From Felis catus (lineage: Eukaryota), in NCBI RefSeq assembly GCF_018350175.1, contig NC_058369.1, positions 248,001 through 312,000 of the forward strand: 64,000 nucleotides of DNA, written 5' to 3'. Below are positions 61,669 to 64,000 of the stretch, piece after piece (position 1 is the stretch's first letter; every line of letters starts with the position of its first letter). A program made the position numbers and the translations under genes. The notes beneath the pieces are model-generated. The model made no database searches and had not been told where the DNA came from. It worked only from the letters and a program-made list of their open reading frames with translations.

Positions 61669-63579
61669 GTGAGGGGGGGGGGCGGAGGGGCTGGGAACAC
61701 CTGGGGGGCTCCGGCGGCCGGTCTCTGTACCTGAGCTGCGGATTCCGGAGGCGGACGTCAACTCTGCCGTGTCAGGGGTGCGAAGGGTTGAGGGTGTCGT
61801 GTCCCCCGCCGTCCGCTGCTGCCCAGTTCGTCCCCCCGACGGCCCGTGCTTTGCCCGTCTGTCCGTCCGTTCTCCCGTTTCCTCGCGGGCAGAGACTCGG
61901 AGCCTCCCGGGCTGGGGTCTGGTCGAGGGTCCCGGGGACCCTCCTGACACCCCCCTCTCCCCGCGCAGGCGTCACGGGCAGCTACTCCGTGTCTGAGTCC
62001 CACTTCTTCACCCCCATCCACCTGTCAGGCGTGGCGGGTGCTCCCACGCAGAAGAAAAGGAAGGAGCCGCGGGTGAGTCCGGAGCCCGTTAGGGCCACAG
62101 GAGGGCAGAGCGAGACGCGGGTAGGACCTGGGTTGAAGCCCGACGCCCTCACTGCCTGTGGGTGGCCGTGCCTCTGCCTCTTCCCCGCGGGAGCGCGCAG
62201 CGCGTGTCCCTTTGTCTGTCGGAGGCCCCCGAGCAGGGTCCCCACCATGAGGGCGTCCCCCTGAGTCAGTCTGACGGACGGGCTCTGCTTCGAGGACGAC
62301 AGTGACCGTTGATGAGCACCGTCATACCGTCACCACTGCGCAGCATGTGCGGGTGACGTGCACGGGGCTCTGCGGGCCACGCCTGTACCGTCTCAGAGCC
62401 ACGTCCGTCTTGCCACACGCTCTTCAGAGAAAGCTCGAGTCGCCATGGCCAGGGTCAGGCGGTGCTGCTCCCACACGGGGACTCAGCCCAGACCCGACTC
62501 CGCCCCCCGCAGTGGTCCCCCTGAGGCCGTCTCCTCCCTGGACGGGGCGGGGGGGGGGGGGGGGGCTCTGGGCCACCAGGGGGAACCACGCCGCGTCTAG
62601 CCTCACCGCCTGCTCTGGCGGCTCGGGGAACCGCGTGGGAGCCCAGTGACCCGGCTCAAGTCCGATCCTGCCACTTGCTGGCCCGTCATGCTGGGCAAAT
62701 CCTCTCTGACCCTCAGTCCCCTCCTCTGTAAAATGCGCGTGGTCGTAAGAACAGCCCCCTCTGAGCCCTGGGACGGGGCCCGTCTCCCTTGTGACGAGTT
62801 TGCAGAGAGAGCCTCGAGGCTTCACGGAGGGGGCAGCGCAGGGGAGGCAGGCTGCGCACAGCTTCGAGTCTGGGGGGCCGCGGTGGCCAAGGCGCTCCCT
62901 CCCCTCCACCCCAAGTGGGGGCCCAGGGGGCCGGGCGTGGAGTCCCAGGCCCCGGGGCTCACGTGTCTTCGTTTCCCACAGTATGCCAGCCTCAGCGCCT
63001 CCGACCACATCAACTCAGAGGTGAGCGTGCCCCTGGGCCCTCCGCCGCGGCCTCGGGGCCGTCAGGTGCCTTTCTCGTGGCGGTGCGGCCCGAGCCTGCC
63101 TGAGTGGGTTCTGCTGGGAGCCGCTCGGGGTGGGGGGGGCTTGCCGTGGGTACAGACCGTGGGAGAGGTCCGCAGCCGGGGAGTGAGGGTCTGGGCCAGA
63201 CACAGAAGGAGGCTCACGGGACAGTGCGTGAGAGCGGCCGCTCTACTGCCCTTGTGGATTCGTTTATGAACTGGGTCCAAAATGCCAGAGCCGGCAGTGC
63301 ACCTGCCGTGGGTCTCAGGGTGACCTCCCACGCTCCTTGACACTGTTACCAGGGGTAGGGGGTCTAAATCGGAGGAGGGGATGGCCTGCTTCCCTCCTGT
63401 TCTAGATCTCTCCTGCGAGCTGGCCGTGGGGGACGGCGTCCAGGGGTCAGGACCCTGACGGGGACTCTGTGCCTCTCCTGCAGGTCCTTGAGGCCACACG
63501 GGTCACCCGCCACACCAATGCCAAGGCCAGGTGCTGGGAAGCCCGTATCTACGCCAACGCCGACGAGGGCAAGGGCTGA
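59955..63579 (+). CDS. MISP: Mitotic interactor and substrate of PLK1 (actin-bundling protein), join(59955..61668,61969..62072,62982..63020,63484..63579), 650 aa
   Basis: Exon lengths 1714+104+39+96 = 1953 nt, GT-AG, frame continuous. MDRVTRYPIFGIP start, REQINFLAARRQFLSLE, ETPIEREIR, RPSLYVQRD, LFPEVFSP and INSEVLEATRVTRH match the recalled human MISP. Upstream acceptor ccccag|tg at 59902/59903. Confidence 0.95.
61969..62072 (+). CDS. MISP: MISP second coding exon
   Basis: gcgcag|gc ... cgg|gtgagt; GVTGSYSVSESHFFTPIHL...KKRKEPR. Confidence 0.9.
62982..63020 (+). CDS. MISP: MISP third coding exon (39 nt)
   Basis: ccacag|tat ... gag|gtgagc; YASLSASDHINSE. Confidence 0.9.
63484..63579 (+). 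CDS. MISP: MISP last coding exon
   Basis: ctgcag|gtc; VLEATRVTRHTNAKARCWEARIYANADEGKG then TGA. Confidence 0.9.
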   Translation, partial: VLEATRVTRHTNAKARCWEARIYANADEGKG

Positions 63580-64000
63580 GCCGGGCGCCCCGGGCCTGCC
63601 CTGGGGGTTCTGCGGGCCCATCCGGAGCCCCGCTTCCCTTAGGAAACAGGTGCCTGTTTAAACTCCCCACCCCCCCCCTCCCAACCCACCCCCCCCAGAA
63701 CCACAGATCAGGGCCAACAACCCCGAGGCCGGATGCATTGTCAGCCCTGATGGTTCTCTTTCCTGTTCTTATCTTCCTGGAGACATTGTTGTGTTTTCTG
63801 TGTGTCCTGCTGGGGATGGAACGGGAGGTCTCTCGATTCTGCTTCTAAGACTTTGCCAAACACTCTGGGCCCCAAGTGGGAGGAGACCAGCCGCCCCCCA
63901 CCCCCAGGTCCAGATGTGATTGTCCCTGCTAGTCTGAGGGCGGTGGGGCTGGTCCCTGGGGGAGCCGCAGGTCTGAGGGAGGAGCACCCAGTCTGAGGGC

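Overview
GC-rich mammalian genomic DNA, not microbial. The tRNA-derived Can-SINEs are of the feliform (cat-like) type. The gene order matches my recollection of human 19p13.3: RNF126 (-, exon 1 only, start codon hidden in a 155-N gap), FSTL3 (+, 5 coding exons, 262 aa), PRSS57/NSP4 (-, 5 exons, 283 aa), PALM (+, 9 coding exons, 377 aa) and MISP (+, 4 coding exons, 650 aa). I placed exon boundaries by hand from GT-AG sites and phase continuity, and the four complete models sum to intact reading frames. Comparisons to human proteins and repeat consensus sequences are from memory, not from searches. Most long ORFs in the track are GC-content or tandem-repeat artefacts. I found no clearly new biological system. 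Best leads: (1) a TATA/CArG element and a strong splice donor just downstream of the PALM poly(A) signal, which could couple PALM to MISP as in the paralogous PALM2-AKAP2 pair; (2) a 1.3-kb G-run minisatellite directly behind two weak, in-frame competing donors of PALM exon 3; (3) Arg-dependent processing sites at both ends of PRSS57; (4) paired RFX X-boxes in PALM intron 1; (5) two perfect CArG boxes at FSTL3.
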